Assembly (NCBI GenBank): GCA_031370785.1
Contig: JANMQY010000023.1
Coordinates: 1-64,000, forward strand
Direction of reading: 5' to 3'
Origin: Candidatus Eiseniibacteriota bacterium
Lineage (GTDB): Bacteria; Eisenbacteria; RBG-16-71-46
Length of the DNA: 64,000 nucleotides
Shown: positions 47,102-56,669 of the stretch, piece after piece
Layout: each line of letters starts with the position of its first letter
Position numbering within the stretch: the stretch's first letter is position 1
Notes under the pieces: generated by a model
Databases searched by the model: none
Told to the model about the DNA's origin: nothing
Seen by the model: the letters and a program-made list of their open reading frames with translations, nothing else
Translations under genes and position numbers: made by a program

Positions 47102-48717
47102 CCGGTCCGGCGCAGGCGGGGGGGCCGACGCCCACGACGCGGCGGGCGCGGCCGGCGCCGACGCTCCCCGCGCTGCTGCTGCTCGGCGCGTTCACGCTGG
47201 TGGTGCGCCTCATGTGTCTGCCCGCGGTGCGCGAGGACAATCTCACTCCCGATGGCGCGCGCTTCCTCAACATCGCGCGCTGCATCACGCGCGGCGAAGG
47301 GTTCTCGACGCCCGAGGCGTGGCCGGCGTGGATGAATCCCGAGCGTCTGCCGGCCCCCGAAACCTTCAAGGAGCCGGGCTACCCGTTCGCGATCGCGGCG
47401 CTCACGCCGCTGGTGCAGGGCCCGTTCCGCGCCGGGCAATGGATTTCGCTGCTCGCCGGGCTGCTGCTGCCGTTCGCCGTGTACGCGCTCGGGCGAAGGC
47501 TCGACCCCGATCCGTGGGTGGGAATCGTCGCGGGCGCATTGAGCGCCGCGAGCCCGGTGCTGATCGCGCAATCAGTGTACGTCATGGCCGAGTCGGCGTT
47601 CGCGCTTGCTCTGACGGTGGCGTTCCTCGCCGCCGCTCCGGCGACCGATTTCGGCGGGAGGAAGGTGTCTCCCGAGGCGCCACCGGCGCTCGATCTGATC
47701 GCTGGCATGCTGTTCGGGCTCGCGTTCCTGGTACGCGCCCAGGCGCTGGTCGCATTTCCCGCGCTTGCGCTGCTGCTGATCGCCGGGCGCACGTGGCGCG
47801 TGCGCCTGGGTCGGGTGGCGCTGGCGGCTGCCGGCGCACTGATCGCCATCACCCCTCTGATCGTGCGCAACCTGCGCCTGTTCGGCGAGCCGCTGCACAG
47901 CGATGTCACGGCGTTCGGACTGTGGCCGTACGTCGATCAGTTCGCGTTCACCCATTTCCTCGAGCGGCCGCCCTCGGCGGCAGGCTATGCGCTCTCCCAC
48001 CTGCCCCAGGTGATGGCTCATGCGCGGAGCACGCTCGCGAGCTTCCTGCGCTTCACGCTGCCACACGACCTCCTCGGGCACGGCGTGCTGATCTTCCCGC
48101 TCGTGATCGGCGCGTGGATCGCGACGCAGCGCGCCCGGGTGTGGAGCTTTGCGCTCCTCTACCTTTCGTGCACCGCGATATTCATCCTGAGTCTCAACTG
48201 GGTGGCGCGCTATTTCGCGAGCGCGGCTCCATTGCTGTGCCTGCTCGCGGCGCTCGGGGCGGTCTGGATCGCGCGACGTGTGGAGCCGGTGCCGCGGCCG
48301 AGAGGATTCAGCCTCGCGCGCATGATGGCGCTCGTGCTCGTGCTGCTGATGGTGGCGATCGCCGTACGGACGGTGCGCAGCGTCGCCCCACCGACCATGC
48401 CCGATCTGGCCGCCGCCCGGGCCGAAGCGCCATTTCTGCGCGCACATCTTGCGCCGGGCGAGGCGGTGATGGCCGAGACCACTTCATACTGGGCGTGGTT
48501 CACCGATCGTCCCGCGGTCCATCCGGTGGTAGCCGACATCCCGACATTCGAATCCGTGATGCGCAGGCTGCGCGTGCACTACGCCGCGCTGCCGACCAGC
48601 CGTCTCGCGGAGTTCGCGGCCCGCTATCCGGGCGGCAAGCTGCCGGACGCGCTGGTTCGCGACCACGAGAACGCGGTCTGCGACATCACCGTGTTCGAAG
48701 TGCGCGTACCGCGCTAG
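47098..48717 (+). CDS. GT-C membrane glycosyltransferase (ArnT/PMT-like)
   Basis: PDGARF loop, EPGYP, MAES, PLIVRN, many TM helices and a periplasmic C-domain; ATGA coupling to the DUF3307 gene. Confidence 0.72.
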   Translation: MTGPAQAGGPTPTTRRARPAPTLPALLLLGAFTLVVRLMCLPAVREDNLTPDGARFLNIARCITRGEGFSTPEAWPAWMNPERLPAPETFKEPGYPFAIAALTPLVQGPFRAGQWISLLAGLLLPFAVYALGRRLDPDPWVGIVAGALSAASPVLIAQSVYVMAESAFALALTVAFLAAAPATDFGGRKVSPEAPPALDLIAGMLFGLAFLVRAQALVAFPALALLLIAGRTWRVRLGRVALAAAGALIAITPLIVRNLRLFGEPLHSDVTAFGLWPYVDQFAFTHFLERPPSAAGYALSHLPQVMAHARSTLASFLRFTLPHDLLGHGVLIFPLVIGAWIATQRARVWSFALLYLSCTAIFILSLNWVARYFASAAPLLCLLAALGAVWIARRVEPVPRPRGFSLARMMALVLVLLMVAIAVRTVRSVAPPTMPDLAAARAEAPFLRAHLAPGEAVMAETTSYWAWFTDRPAVHPVVADIPTFESVMRRLRVHYAALPTSRLAEFAARYPGGKLPDALVRDHENAVCDITVFEVRVPR

Positions 48718-48727
48718 GTACCAGGGG

Positions 48728-50074
48728 TCAACGCAGGACCGGGAAACGTGCGCTGCGTACCGCGTGGGCGGTGCGCAGCACCGCGAAGTAGACACCGGCG
48801 GGAACGTCGCGGCCCGCCTCATCGCGTCCGTCCCACTCGAGCCGCGTGATTCCCGCCGGCAGATCGCGGTCCGCGAGCGCGCGGACGCGCCGGCCGCCGG
48901 GATCGATCATCTCGATCCGCGCATGCGTGGCTGTCGGAGCGCTCACCTCGAGCCGCCAGCGCCGGGCTCCGGGAGAACCGGGCACGAAGCGCAGCTGCAG
49001 GGCGCCCGAGACGTCGTGCGGCGTCGGCCCAACCGCGACGAGGTTGGGCTCGGCGAACCGGAAATGGGGAGGATCGGTCCAGACGATCTCCCGGATCTGG
49101 ATGGTGCCGAGATCGCCTTCCGGGGCGCAGAAGTAGTCGTGCCCCGCGAACCGAAAGATCTCTGGCCCGAACCACTGGTCGGTGTTCTCGGTGGTGATCT
49201 CGCCGCTGAGATTTATCTGGCCGCTCCATGCGGTCGAGTCCGCAGTCGGATCGAGACTGGTTTCGAACTTGATCGCATGCCCCGAATTGGTCGTGTAGAA
49301 CAGGTACCAGAGGCCGTTGTGATCGATCATCGCGGGCGATTCGATCTTGGGATTGTAGTAACCCGTGTTCCACATCGGCTTGAGATCCGTCCAGACCCTG
49401 AAATCGCCGTCGGAGCGCGCGAGCTCGAGCACCATCTGATCCGGGTTCGCGGCCGGGCGCGTGGCGTTGTACATGAGCCAGCTGCCAGGGCTGGTGGGGT
49501 CGGGCATCAGGAACGGATCGCGGAAGTCGCCACCCATGGCGCTCGAAGAATCGCACAGCACCCACGGGACCTGATTGCAGCCGAAGATCGGATCCGCTTC
49601 GCGCGTCCACTCCATGAGATCCGGCGAAGTCGCGAGCCCGACGCGCTGGTACAGGGCGTAGGCCGGAGGTCCGCGGGTGACGCCGGTGTAGAACAGCGCC
49701 CAGTCATTGGCGCGCCGGATCACCTGCGGCGACCACACGTGGAAGTTGTCCCAGGACGACGGCCGGATCGGAAGGACCGGGTCGAGCTCGGTCCAGTTCT
49801 GAAGATCGTTCGAGACCGCATGCCCGAGGTCGCGCTCGGTGGAGTCGTCGAGCACGAAATATCGATGCTTGATATAGAACATGTGGAACAGCTCGCCGTC
49901 GTGGACGATCGTGCATTCCTTGGGGCGAAACGGGAACTGCGGGAGGAAGAAAGCGGCGTGCGCACGGAGCGGGGCGCCGAACAGAAGGGCGACGACAAGC
50001 GGGAGCGCCGCGGTCGCGCCATGGCAGACGCGGCACGCTCGGGGATGGGACGAGGAAGCGGCGGCCGGCGTCAT
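48728..50074 (-). CDS. Secreted five-bladed beta-propeller glycosidase (GH32/GH43-like) with FlgD/T9SS-like C-terminal domain
   Basis: Signal peptide, FHMFY, GHAVS.DL..W Asp-box, WSP, FRDP, ESP, and C-terminal GRRVRAL...WDGRD..G..VPAGVYF. Confidence 0.75.
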   Translation of the reverse strand: MTPAAASSSHPRACRVCHGATAALPLVVALLFGAPLRAHAAFFLPQFPFRPKECTIVHDGELFHMFYIKHRYFVLDDSTERDLGHAVSNDLQNWTELDPVLPIRPSSWDNFHVWSPQVIRRANDWALFYTGVTRGPPAYALYQRVGLATSPDLMEWTREADPIFGCNQVPWVLCDSSSAMGGDFRDPFLMPDPTSPGSWLMYNATRPAANPDQMVLELARSDGDFRVWTDLKPMWNTGYYNPKIESPAMIDHNGLWYLFYTTNSGHAIKFETSLDPTADSTAWSGQINLSGEITTENTDQWFGPEIFRFAGHDYFCAPEGDLGTIQIREIVWTDPPHFRFAEPNLVAVGPTPHDVSGALQLRFVPGSPGARRWRLEVSAPTATHARIEMIDPGGRRVRALADRDLPAGITRLEWDGRDEAGRDVPAGVYFAVLRTAHAVRSARFPVLR

Positions 50075-50192
50075 CAGTCGAGAGCCTCCAGTCGATACGA
50101 ATGACCCTCACTGGGGCAATGAGCATGATCGATGCCCGCTCGAGCGTCAACGTCCGAGTCGCAGCGCCTTCATGCAACTCCTGTGACCCGCT

Positions 50193-51812
50193 CTAGCGGA
50201 CGAAGATGCGAAGCGGGGTAGGGTGCGGGATGCGCGAACTCACCTCCGCGGTGATCTCCCGCGTCGAAGACTCGAGCCGTCGCACCATCGCCGAGTCGGG
50301 CCAGCCGCCGTAGAGCGACTGCCCGGCATCCACGATGAAGACGTGGATCGAAGAGTCGGCCTCGAAGGCCGCGCCACGTTCCGGAGTCCACGCGAGTCCC
50401 GGAGTGCTCCAGTAGAGCCCGGTGCGGAACAGGTAGAAGCCGAGCACCGGCACCTCGGGACCGACGAAGCACACCCGGTTGGGCGGTGCGGCCGCCAGAT
50501 ACGGCGCGAGAGCACTGGTCATCGACCGATAGCCGATCTGGTGATATCGAAGCGGCAGTCGCTGCGCGTCGCGAACGATCGCGGCGCAGATCACGAGAGC
50601 GGCGAGTGTGGCCGCGGTGGCTCCGCTCCAGCGCGGCCTCCATGCGAGCACGAGCTGCGTCCCCGCGAACAGAAGCCATACGCCGAGCCAGAGCACGAAC
50701 GGGAGCGATGGTCCGCCTAGTCGCTGGATGATCCACGGAAACGTGAGGCCAGCGCCGAGTACGAATCCCCTCGGTCCGAGTCGACGGCCTTCGGCAAGAT
50801 CCGAGAAGCCGAGTGCCGCGACCGACACCCACGCGGGCAGCACCACGTAGGCGTATCCACCCGTCTTCACCCGAAAGCACGACAGGATCAGGATCCCGAG
50901 GGCCCAGATCAGGAGCGCCCGCGGCACCGGCTCATTCCGCCGTCGCCACGCCGCGGAAATTCCCTGCGCGACGAACGGGATCAGGAGCAGCAGCGCATGG
51001 CTGAGCACGCCCCAGTAGTAGATGGGAGGCTTGATCCAGTACGAGGCATAGCCCGCGCCCCCCATGCGCGCCGCGAACGCGCCTTGGAAGTAGATCGAGA
51101 GCCAGTGCGCGAGATCGGAGGGGGAGAAGAGCGCGACCGCGAGAAGGTGAAGCGGGGCGATGACGAGCGCGCCGAGGGCCAGCGCGAGCAGCCTTCGCAG
51201 GCGGTCTTCGCGGGCGGAAGCGACGAGGCTGGCCACCGGAATCGCGACCAGCACGACGAGCCAGAGCTTGCACAGAAAAGCCAGCCCGAGCAGGAGTCCC
51301 GCGAAGAACGCATGCCGGCGGCTCGGGCGCTCGCTTGAGACCAGCATCATCGCGCAGGCGCCGAGCGCGGTGAGCGGCAGCTCGGCTCCAACCACCCGTG
51401 ACCCGTCGGTGAACCACGGCAGCGTCATCAAAAGCGCGGCAGCGAGTACTCCGGCTGTAGCGCCCGCGGCCCGCTTCACGAGTATTGCGCAGCACGCCGC
51501 AATGATTGCCGCCGCCACGATGGAAATCCAGCGCAGCGCGATCTCGCTCGCACCCAGGATGCGGATCGAGAGCGCGAGCAGAGCGGGGTAGAGCGGAGGC
51601 TTGTCTCCCGGGACTCCCAGCGGCGAGAGCGAGGGCGAGATCAGATAGCGAGAGGAGGCGAGAATGTTCTTCGCCATGATCCCGTAATAGCCCTCGTCTC
51701 CGCCCACCAGGTCGTTTACGCCCAGCGGCGACCACCAGAGCCAGGCTGAGAGGCCGGCGAGCGTGACCGCGAGCACCATTGCCGGAAACGCGGAGCCAGG
51801 GAGGCGCCTCAT
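50193..51812 (-). CDS. GT-C membrane glycosyltransferase (ArnT-like)
   Basis: GDEGYY, DKPPLY, LR, GLAFLCK, many TM helices. Confidence 0.8.
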   Translation of the reverse strand: MRRLPGSAFPAMVLAVTLAGLSAWLWWSPLGVNDLVGGDEGYYGIMAKNILASSRYLISPSLSPLGVPGDKPPLYPALLALSIRILGASEIALRWISIVAAAIIAACCAILVKRAAGATAGVLAAALLMTLPWFTDGSRVVGAELPLTALGACAMMLVSSERPSRRHAFFAGLLLGLAFLCKLWLVVLVAIPVASLVASAREDRLRRLLALALGALVIAPLHLLAVALFSPSDLAHWLSIYFQGAFAARMGGAGYASYWIKPPIYYWGVLSHALLLLIPFVAQGISAAWRRRNEPVPRALLIWALGILILSCFRVKTGGYAYVVLPAWVSVAALGFSDLAEGRRLGPRGFVLGAGLTFPWIIQRLGGPSLPFVLWLGVWLLFAGTQLVLAWRPRWSGATAATLAALVICAAIVRDAQRLPLRYHQIGYRSMTSALAPYLAAAPPNRVCFVGPEVPVLGFYLFRTGLYWSTPGLAWTPERGAAFEADSSIHVFIVDAGQSLYGGWPDSAMVRRLESSTREITAEVSSRIPHPTPLRIFVR

Positions 51813-51878
51813 CGTCGGATCAGGGGAAGTCGATCGACACGGTCAGGCGCGGCGCTTCGAGAACCGAGGGCATGGCGC

Positions 51879-53831
51879 TCAGCCCAGCTCGCCGATGCGC
51901 TGCCACAGAGATTCCAGCTCGGCGCGGGTACGTTCGTATTCGCCGACCAGTCCCTTCGCCTTCGCGCCGTCGTGGTAGACGTCGGGGTCGGCAAGCTGCG
52001 CCTCGAGCAACTTGACCCGCGCTTCGCGCGACTCGATCTCCTTTTCGAGCGTCGCGATCTGCTTCTCGCGCTTCCGATCGCTCAGGTCCTGCTTCGCGCC
52101 CGGGCTTCCCGCGCCCTTGGCCGCGCGCGGCTTGCCTGCATCGCCCCGGGTCTGCGGCGTGTTCGCCGCCGCGGCCGCGACCGGCACCCGGATCGGCTCG
52201 CCGCCGGGAGCATTGAGCCGTGCGATGCGCGTGCTCTCGTAGTCATCGTAGCCGCCGGGATAGAGCACGACCTTGCCGTCGTTCACCTCGATCACGCGCG
52301 AAGCGACGCGCGCCATGAGCGAACGATCGTGGGTGACCACCACGACCGAGCCGGGGTACTGCTCGAGCGCGTCCTCCAGCACCTCCTTGCCGGCGAGGTC
52401 CAGGTGATGGGTGGGCTCGTCGAGCAGGATCAGGTTGGTGGGCGACATGAGAAGCCGGGCCAGCGCCACGCGCTGGCGCTCTCCGCCCGAGAGCACGCGA
52501 CAGATCTTGAACACGTCGTCGCCCTGGAACAGGAAGTTGCCGAGCAGCGAGCGCAGCCGCGGACGCCACTCGGCCGGAGCGACCTCTTCCAGCGCCTGGA
52601 GCACGGTGAGCGAGGGCTCGAGCGTCTCGGCGGCATGCTGCGCGAAGTAGGCTAGCTTTGTATGAGGCCAGGTCTCGCGCTCGCCTTCGCGCGGCGCGAG
52701 CTGTCCGGCGAGCACGCGCAGCAGCGTGGTCTTGCCCGCGCCGTTGGCGCCGACGATCGCGACCTTGTCGCCACGCTCCAGCTCGACCCGCGCATGTCCG
52801 AAGATGTCGCGCGACCTGTCGTAGCCGAACGCCACGTCCTTGAGCCGCACCAGTGTGCGCCCGGCGTGAGGCGGGTTGGGGAAGTGGAAGCGAATGCGCT
52901 GCGCCTTGCGCGGGATCACCATCCGCTGATCCTTCAGACGGGCGATCTGCTTTCGCTTGCTCTGCGCCTGGGCCGCCTTGGTGTTCTTCGCGCCGAATCG
53001 CTCGACGAAGCGGGAAAGCTGCGCGATCTTGGCGTCGAGCTGCACGTTCTGCGATTCCATCTGCTCGCGACGCAGCTCCTTCTCCTCGAGATAGCGCGTG
53101 AACTTCATCGGATAGTCCGCGAGCTCGCCGCGGTCGAGCTCGCGGATCTCGGTGGCGACCCGGTCGAGGAACACGCGATCGTGTGAGACCACCACCAGCC
53201 CGCCGTGAAAGTCCTCGAGATAGTCCTCGAGCCACTCCATCGCGGGCAGATCCAGATGGTTGGTGGGCTCATCGAGAAACAGCAGGGTGGGATCGGTCAG
53301 CAGCAGCGCCGCCAGCGCGGCGCGCATGCGCCAGCCGCCCGAGAACTCGGCCAGCGGCCGGACCTGATCGACGGTCGAGAAACCGAGGCCCGAGAGCACG
53401 CGCCGCGCCTCCGGCTCGAGCGTGTGCTCGTCGTTCAGCTCGAGATGATGCTGCAGCTCTCCGACCCGCTCGAGCAGGGATTCGAGATGCGGATCATCCT
53501 GGGTGATGCCGCTCAGGCGCTGGTGGAGCGCGTCCAGCTCCTCGCGCATCCCGATCAGGTGCCGATGTGCCTCCATCGCCCGTTCGAGCACGGTGCCGTC
53601 GTAGCGCTCGGCCGCCTCCTGCGGCAGGTAGCCGAGACGCGTGCCGCGGGCGAGGACGCGGGCACCCACCTCGGGCGTGTACTCGCCGAGCATGACCCTG
53701 AGAAGGGTGGTCTTGCCCGCGCCATTGGGGCCGACCAGCGCGATCCGGTCGCCGGGGGACAGTACCCAGTTGAGGTCCGAGAAAAGGACCCGGTCGCCGA
53801 TCGAATACTTGAGGTTCTGAAGCTGGATCAA
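51879..53831 (-). CDS. ABC-F family ATP-binding protein
   Basis: Two ABC domains (GPNGAGKTT/FSGGW/LDEPTNHLD and GANGAGKTT/LSGGE/LDEPTHHLD), no TM helix, C-terminal coiled coil; TTG start after SD CAGGAG. Confidence 0.95.
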   Translation of the reverse strand: MIQLQNLKYSIGDRVLFSDLNWVLSPGDRIALVGPNGAGKTTLLRVMLGEYTPEVGARVLARGTRLGYLPQEAAERYDGTVLERAMEAHRHLIGMREELDALHQRLSGITQDDPHLESLLERVGELQHHLELNDEHTLEPEARRVLSGLGFSTVDQVRPLAEFSGGWRMRAALAALLLTDPTLLFLDEPTNHLDLPAMEWLEDYLEDFHGGLVVVSHDRVFLDRVATEIRELDRGELADYPMKFTRYLEEKELRREQMESQNVQLDAKIAQLSRFVERFGAKNTKAAQAQSKRKQIARLKDQRMVIPRKAQRIRFHFPNPPHAGRTLVRLKDVAFGYDRSRDIFGHARVELERGDKVAIVGANGAGKTTLLRVLAGQLAPREGERETWPHTKLAYFAQHAAETLEPSLTVLQALEEVAPAEWRPRLRSLLGNFLFQGDDVFKICRVLSGGERQRVALARLLMSPTNLILLDEPTHHLDLAGKEVLEDALEQYPGSVVVVTHDRSLMARVASRVIEVNDGKVVLYPGGYDDYESTRIARLNAPGGEPIRVPVAAAAANTPQTRGDAGKPRAAKGAGSPGAKQDLSDRKREKQIATLEKEIESREARVKLLEAQLADPDVYHDGAKAKGLVGEYERTRAELESLWQRIGELG

Positions 53832-53894
53832 GGGTTCTCCTGTGTCCGTCGCGGGCCCTGCCGCATTCGAGCGCAAGCCCTGGCGCGGACAGCG

Positions 53895-53924
53895 TTGACA
53901 CTGCCGAGGGGCGGGCCGGATAAT
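53895..53924 (+). promoter_or_regulatory. Sigma-70-type promoter
   Basis: TTGACA-N18-GATAAT, about 70 nt before TTG 53996. Confidence 0.6.
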
Positions 53925-53995
53925 CCCTCCGGCTCCGCGACCACCTCGTGCCTGTTCCTCATTGCCTTCGCAACCGCCGGGAAAGGACCCCACCC

Positions 53996-56662
53996 TTGCG
54001 CCGAAAGCTTCGCAATGGGTGGTCCATTCTGCTGACCCTGGCTGCGCTGCTGATCGCGCTGCCGGGTCCGGCCCTCGCGGCCTGGATGCAGGCCCCTGCG
54101 CCCTATCGGCCCAAGGACTTCACGATCATCAAGAAGGATGGTCTCTACCATCTCTTCTACATCCGGCGCAATGTGACCCTGCCCATGGCCCAGACCGAGA
54201 GGGACTTCGGGCACGCGGTTTCACCGGACCTGTACAACTGGCAGCAGCTGGCGCCGGTGCTCACGGTTCGCGACTCGGCGTGGGACAACCTGCACGTGTG
54301 GGCGCCCTCGGTGATCGAGAGGGACGGAGTCTACTACCTCTTCTATACCGGGGTCAGCGACGTTCCCGGGCTGTACAACTCCTATCAACGCATGGGCGTC
54401 GCGACCTCGACCGATCTCATGACCTGGAACCGGGTCGACCCGCCGATCTTCAGCTGCGATCAGGTGCCGTGGGCGTTCTGCGATTCGCTCGAGGCCCTCA
54501 ACGCGTTCCGCGATCCGTTCGTGATGCCGGATCCCGCTCAGCCCGGGCGCTTCCTCATGTACTACACGGGCAACCTCGCCCACGATTCGACACGGACCGT
54601 GGTCGGGGTGGCGGGATCGAACGGCGATCTCACCCAGTGGTCCGACATCAAGCCGCTGCTCGCCACGCACCAGAGCTACTCGGGCAACACGCTCACCGAA
54701 TCCCCGCATCTGTTCCAGCACGACGGCACCTGGTACATGCTGTTCACGACCGGCGCGACGCAGCCGCTCTCATACGCGACCAGCCCCGATCCCACCGGCG
54801 ATCCCGCGAGCTGGACCTATCGCGGCCGGCTCGGCACCATGCTCGGAGGGAACACGGGCGCGTGGTTCGCGTCCGAGTACCTGCGTGACGGACTGAACGA
54901 CCTGCTTGCGTTCGTGAACTCGGATCGCGTCCAGATCAACCGCATCGTCTGGCATCCCGATGGAACGTTTCACCTCGTCCAGCCCGATCTGTTCCACGTG
55001 GTGAAAATGAGCTGGGGACAGGACACTGTGCCGAGCGGGCACCCGGTGCAGCTGAAGTTCGTGGCTGCGAATGGCACCGGTCGGGTCGCCTTGCTCGAGG
55101 CCGCCGTGCTCGGCTCCAACGGAGTCGAGACTCCGGCGCCGCTCGATTCGCTCGGCCTGCCCGCATCCTTCACGCTGCCGCGGGACACCTGTTCGTTCAC
55201 GTGGTACGCGCGGCGCTGGCCGAGCACGGGGCTGGAGCCGAGTCGGGTGATCGTGCGCCTGGTCGATCACACCGCACGCACGGTCACGCCGATTGTCGTG
55301 CTGCCCGATACGACCACTCCGCCTCCTTTCCGGGTCACGAGTCTCGACTGGCAGTCGTCGCTGGTGATGCGGTACGAGGACGTCCCGATCATCATCAACG
55401 CGATCGCAGGCGTGGGGCATGTCGCGCCGATCGAGGCATTCACGCTGGATTCGACCGGGACCGAGACCCTCGCGCCGCTCGATTCGCTCGGGCTGCCCGC
55501 CAGCATCGCGCTCACGGCCGACACCACGGTGTTTCACTGGACGGCGCAGATCTATCCGTCGGGGACGCCGCCGCGCGAAATGCGGCTCCGGCTGCGCCTG
55601 GCCGGGGACACGCTCGCGACCGGCGTCATCCGGGTGGTGCCCGACACGATCCCGGTCTTCGACACCTTCCGGGTGGAAAGCATGCAGTGGAGCGCGGACC
55701 AGGCACTCATCGGAACGCAGGTGACGCTGAAGATCGTCTCGCACCTGAGCGGCGGACAGGTGATCACCCTGATCCCCTATGTGCTCGACTCGCTCGACAC
55801 TGAAGTCGAGGTTCGTTCCGATTCGGTCTCGCTGCCTTTCGAAATCTCGCTCGTATCCGACACGACCAGTATCGAGTGGACGGCGCGCATCTACCCGTTC
55901 GACCACCCGAAAATGCGGATGCGGGTCCGTCTCGACTCGGACACTCTGGGGGCGCAGCTGATCACGGTGCGGCGCGACACGACCGTCGCGCCGCCGCCCG
56001 AGACGCTCCAGATCACGCGCTTCGACTGGGCCGCGGACAGTGTCCGGCGCCGCCGGGTTCTGCCGCTCGAGATCGTTGCCCGCGACTGGGGAGGGCGCTT
56101 CGCGCGCCTCGCCGCGTTCACCGTGGACATGGAGGGTACGGCGTCGGCGGCGCCGCTCGAGCCGCTCGGGCTTCCCGACTCGGTCGCGCTGGTCGCGGAC
56201 ACGACGCGCTTCGAGTGGACCGCGGCCACCTGGCCGGACACGACTCAGCTCACACGCCTGCGCCTGCAGGTGGTCGGCGATACACTGATGACCCGAGTGC
56301 TGAGCGTGCTTCCGGACAGCGTCACCGCGGTCGAGCCGCCGCTGACCGGCCCCGAGGGCGGCGCCGATCCGACCGGACCGACCGAAGAGCGCGTGAAGCT
56401 TCGTAGCCAGCGGCACGGAATGTCCTGCTCGATCGGTTTTGTGATCGAGCTCGAGGCGCCGACGCCCGCGCGGCTCGAAGTGTTCGACATCGCGGGACGA
56501 CGCGTCCGCCTGATCGCGAACCGCACGCTCCCCAGGGGGGCGACCGTGCTGCCATGGGATGGCCGCGACGGCTCGGGGCTCGCCGCGGACGCAGGCGTCT
56601 ACTTCGTGCGCCTGACGACTCCGCGCGTGACGCGCCTGATGCGCACCGTGGTGCTGCGCTGA
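53996..56662 (+). CDS. Secreted beta-propeller glycosidase (GH32/GH43-like) with 4 tandem beta-rich repeats and a FlgD/T9SS-like C-terminal domain
   Basis: Signal peptide, RPKDF..YHLFY, GHAVSPDL..W, WAP, FRDP, ESP; repeats; EVFDIAGRRVR...WDGRD..G...AGVYFVRL. Confidence 0.78.
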   Translation: MRRKLRNGWSILLTLAALLIALPGPALAAWMQAPAPYRPKDFTIIKKDGLYHLFYIRRNVTLPMAQTERDFGHAVSPDLYNWQQLAPVLTVRDSAWDNLHVWAPSVIERDGVYYLFYTGVSDVPGLYNSYQRMGVATSTDLMTWNRVDPPIFSCDQVPWAFCDSLEALNAFRDPFVMPDPAQPGRFLMYYTGNLAHDSTRTVVGVAGSNGDLTQWSDIKPLLATHQSYSGNTLTESPHLFQHDGTWYMLFTTGATQPLSYATSPDPTGDPASWTYRGRLGTMLGGNTGAWFASEYLRDGLNDLLAFVNSDRVQINRIVWHPDGTFHLVQPDLFHVVKMSWGQDTVPSGHPVQLKFVAANGTGRVALLEAAVLGSNGVETPAPLDSLGLPASFTLPRDTCSFTWYARRWPSTGLEPSRVIVRLVDHTARTVTPIVVLPDTTTPPPFRVTSLDWQSSLVMRYEDVPIIINAIAGVGHVAPIEAFTLDSTGTETLAPLDSLGLPASIALTADTTVFHWTAQIYPSGTPPREMRLRLRLAGDTLATGVIRVVPDTIPVFDTFRVESMQWSADQALIGTQVTLKIVSHLSGGQVITLIPYVLDSLDTEVEVRSDSVSLPFEISLVSDTTSIEWTARIYPFDHPKMRMRVRLDSDTLGAQLITVRRDTTVAPPPETLQITRFDWAADSVRRRRVLPLEIVARDWGGRFARLAAFTVDMEGTASAAPLEPLGLPDSVALVADTTRFEWTAATWPDTTQLTRLRLQVVGDTLMTRVLSVLPDSVTAVEPPLTGPEGGADPTGPTEERVKLRSQRHGMSCSIGFVIELEAPTPARLEVFDIAGRRVRLIANRTLPRGATVLPWDGRDGSGLAADAGVYFVRLTTPRVTRLMRTVVLR
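54992..56320 (+). repeat. Four tandem 112-113-aa protein repeats
   Basis: Units start at 54992, 55328, 55667 and 56006 and share F-x-V-x2-(M/L)-x-W ... PLDSLGLP-x-S-x2-L-x2-DT-x2-F-x-W-x-A-x2-(W/Y)P ... PDT. Confidence 0.85.
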
Positions 56663-56669
56663 GCCGCGA

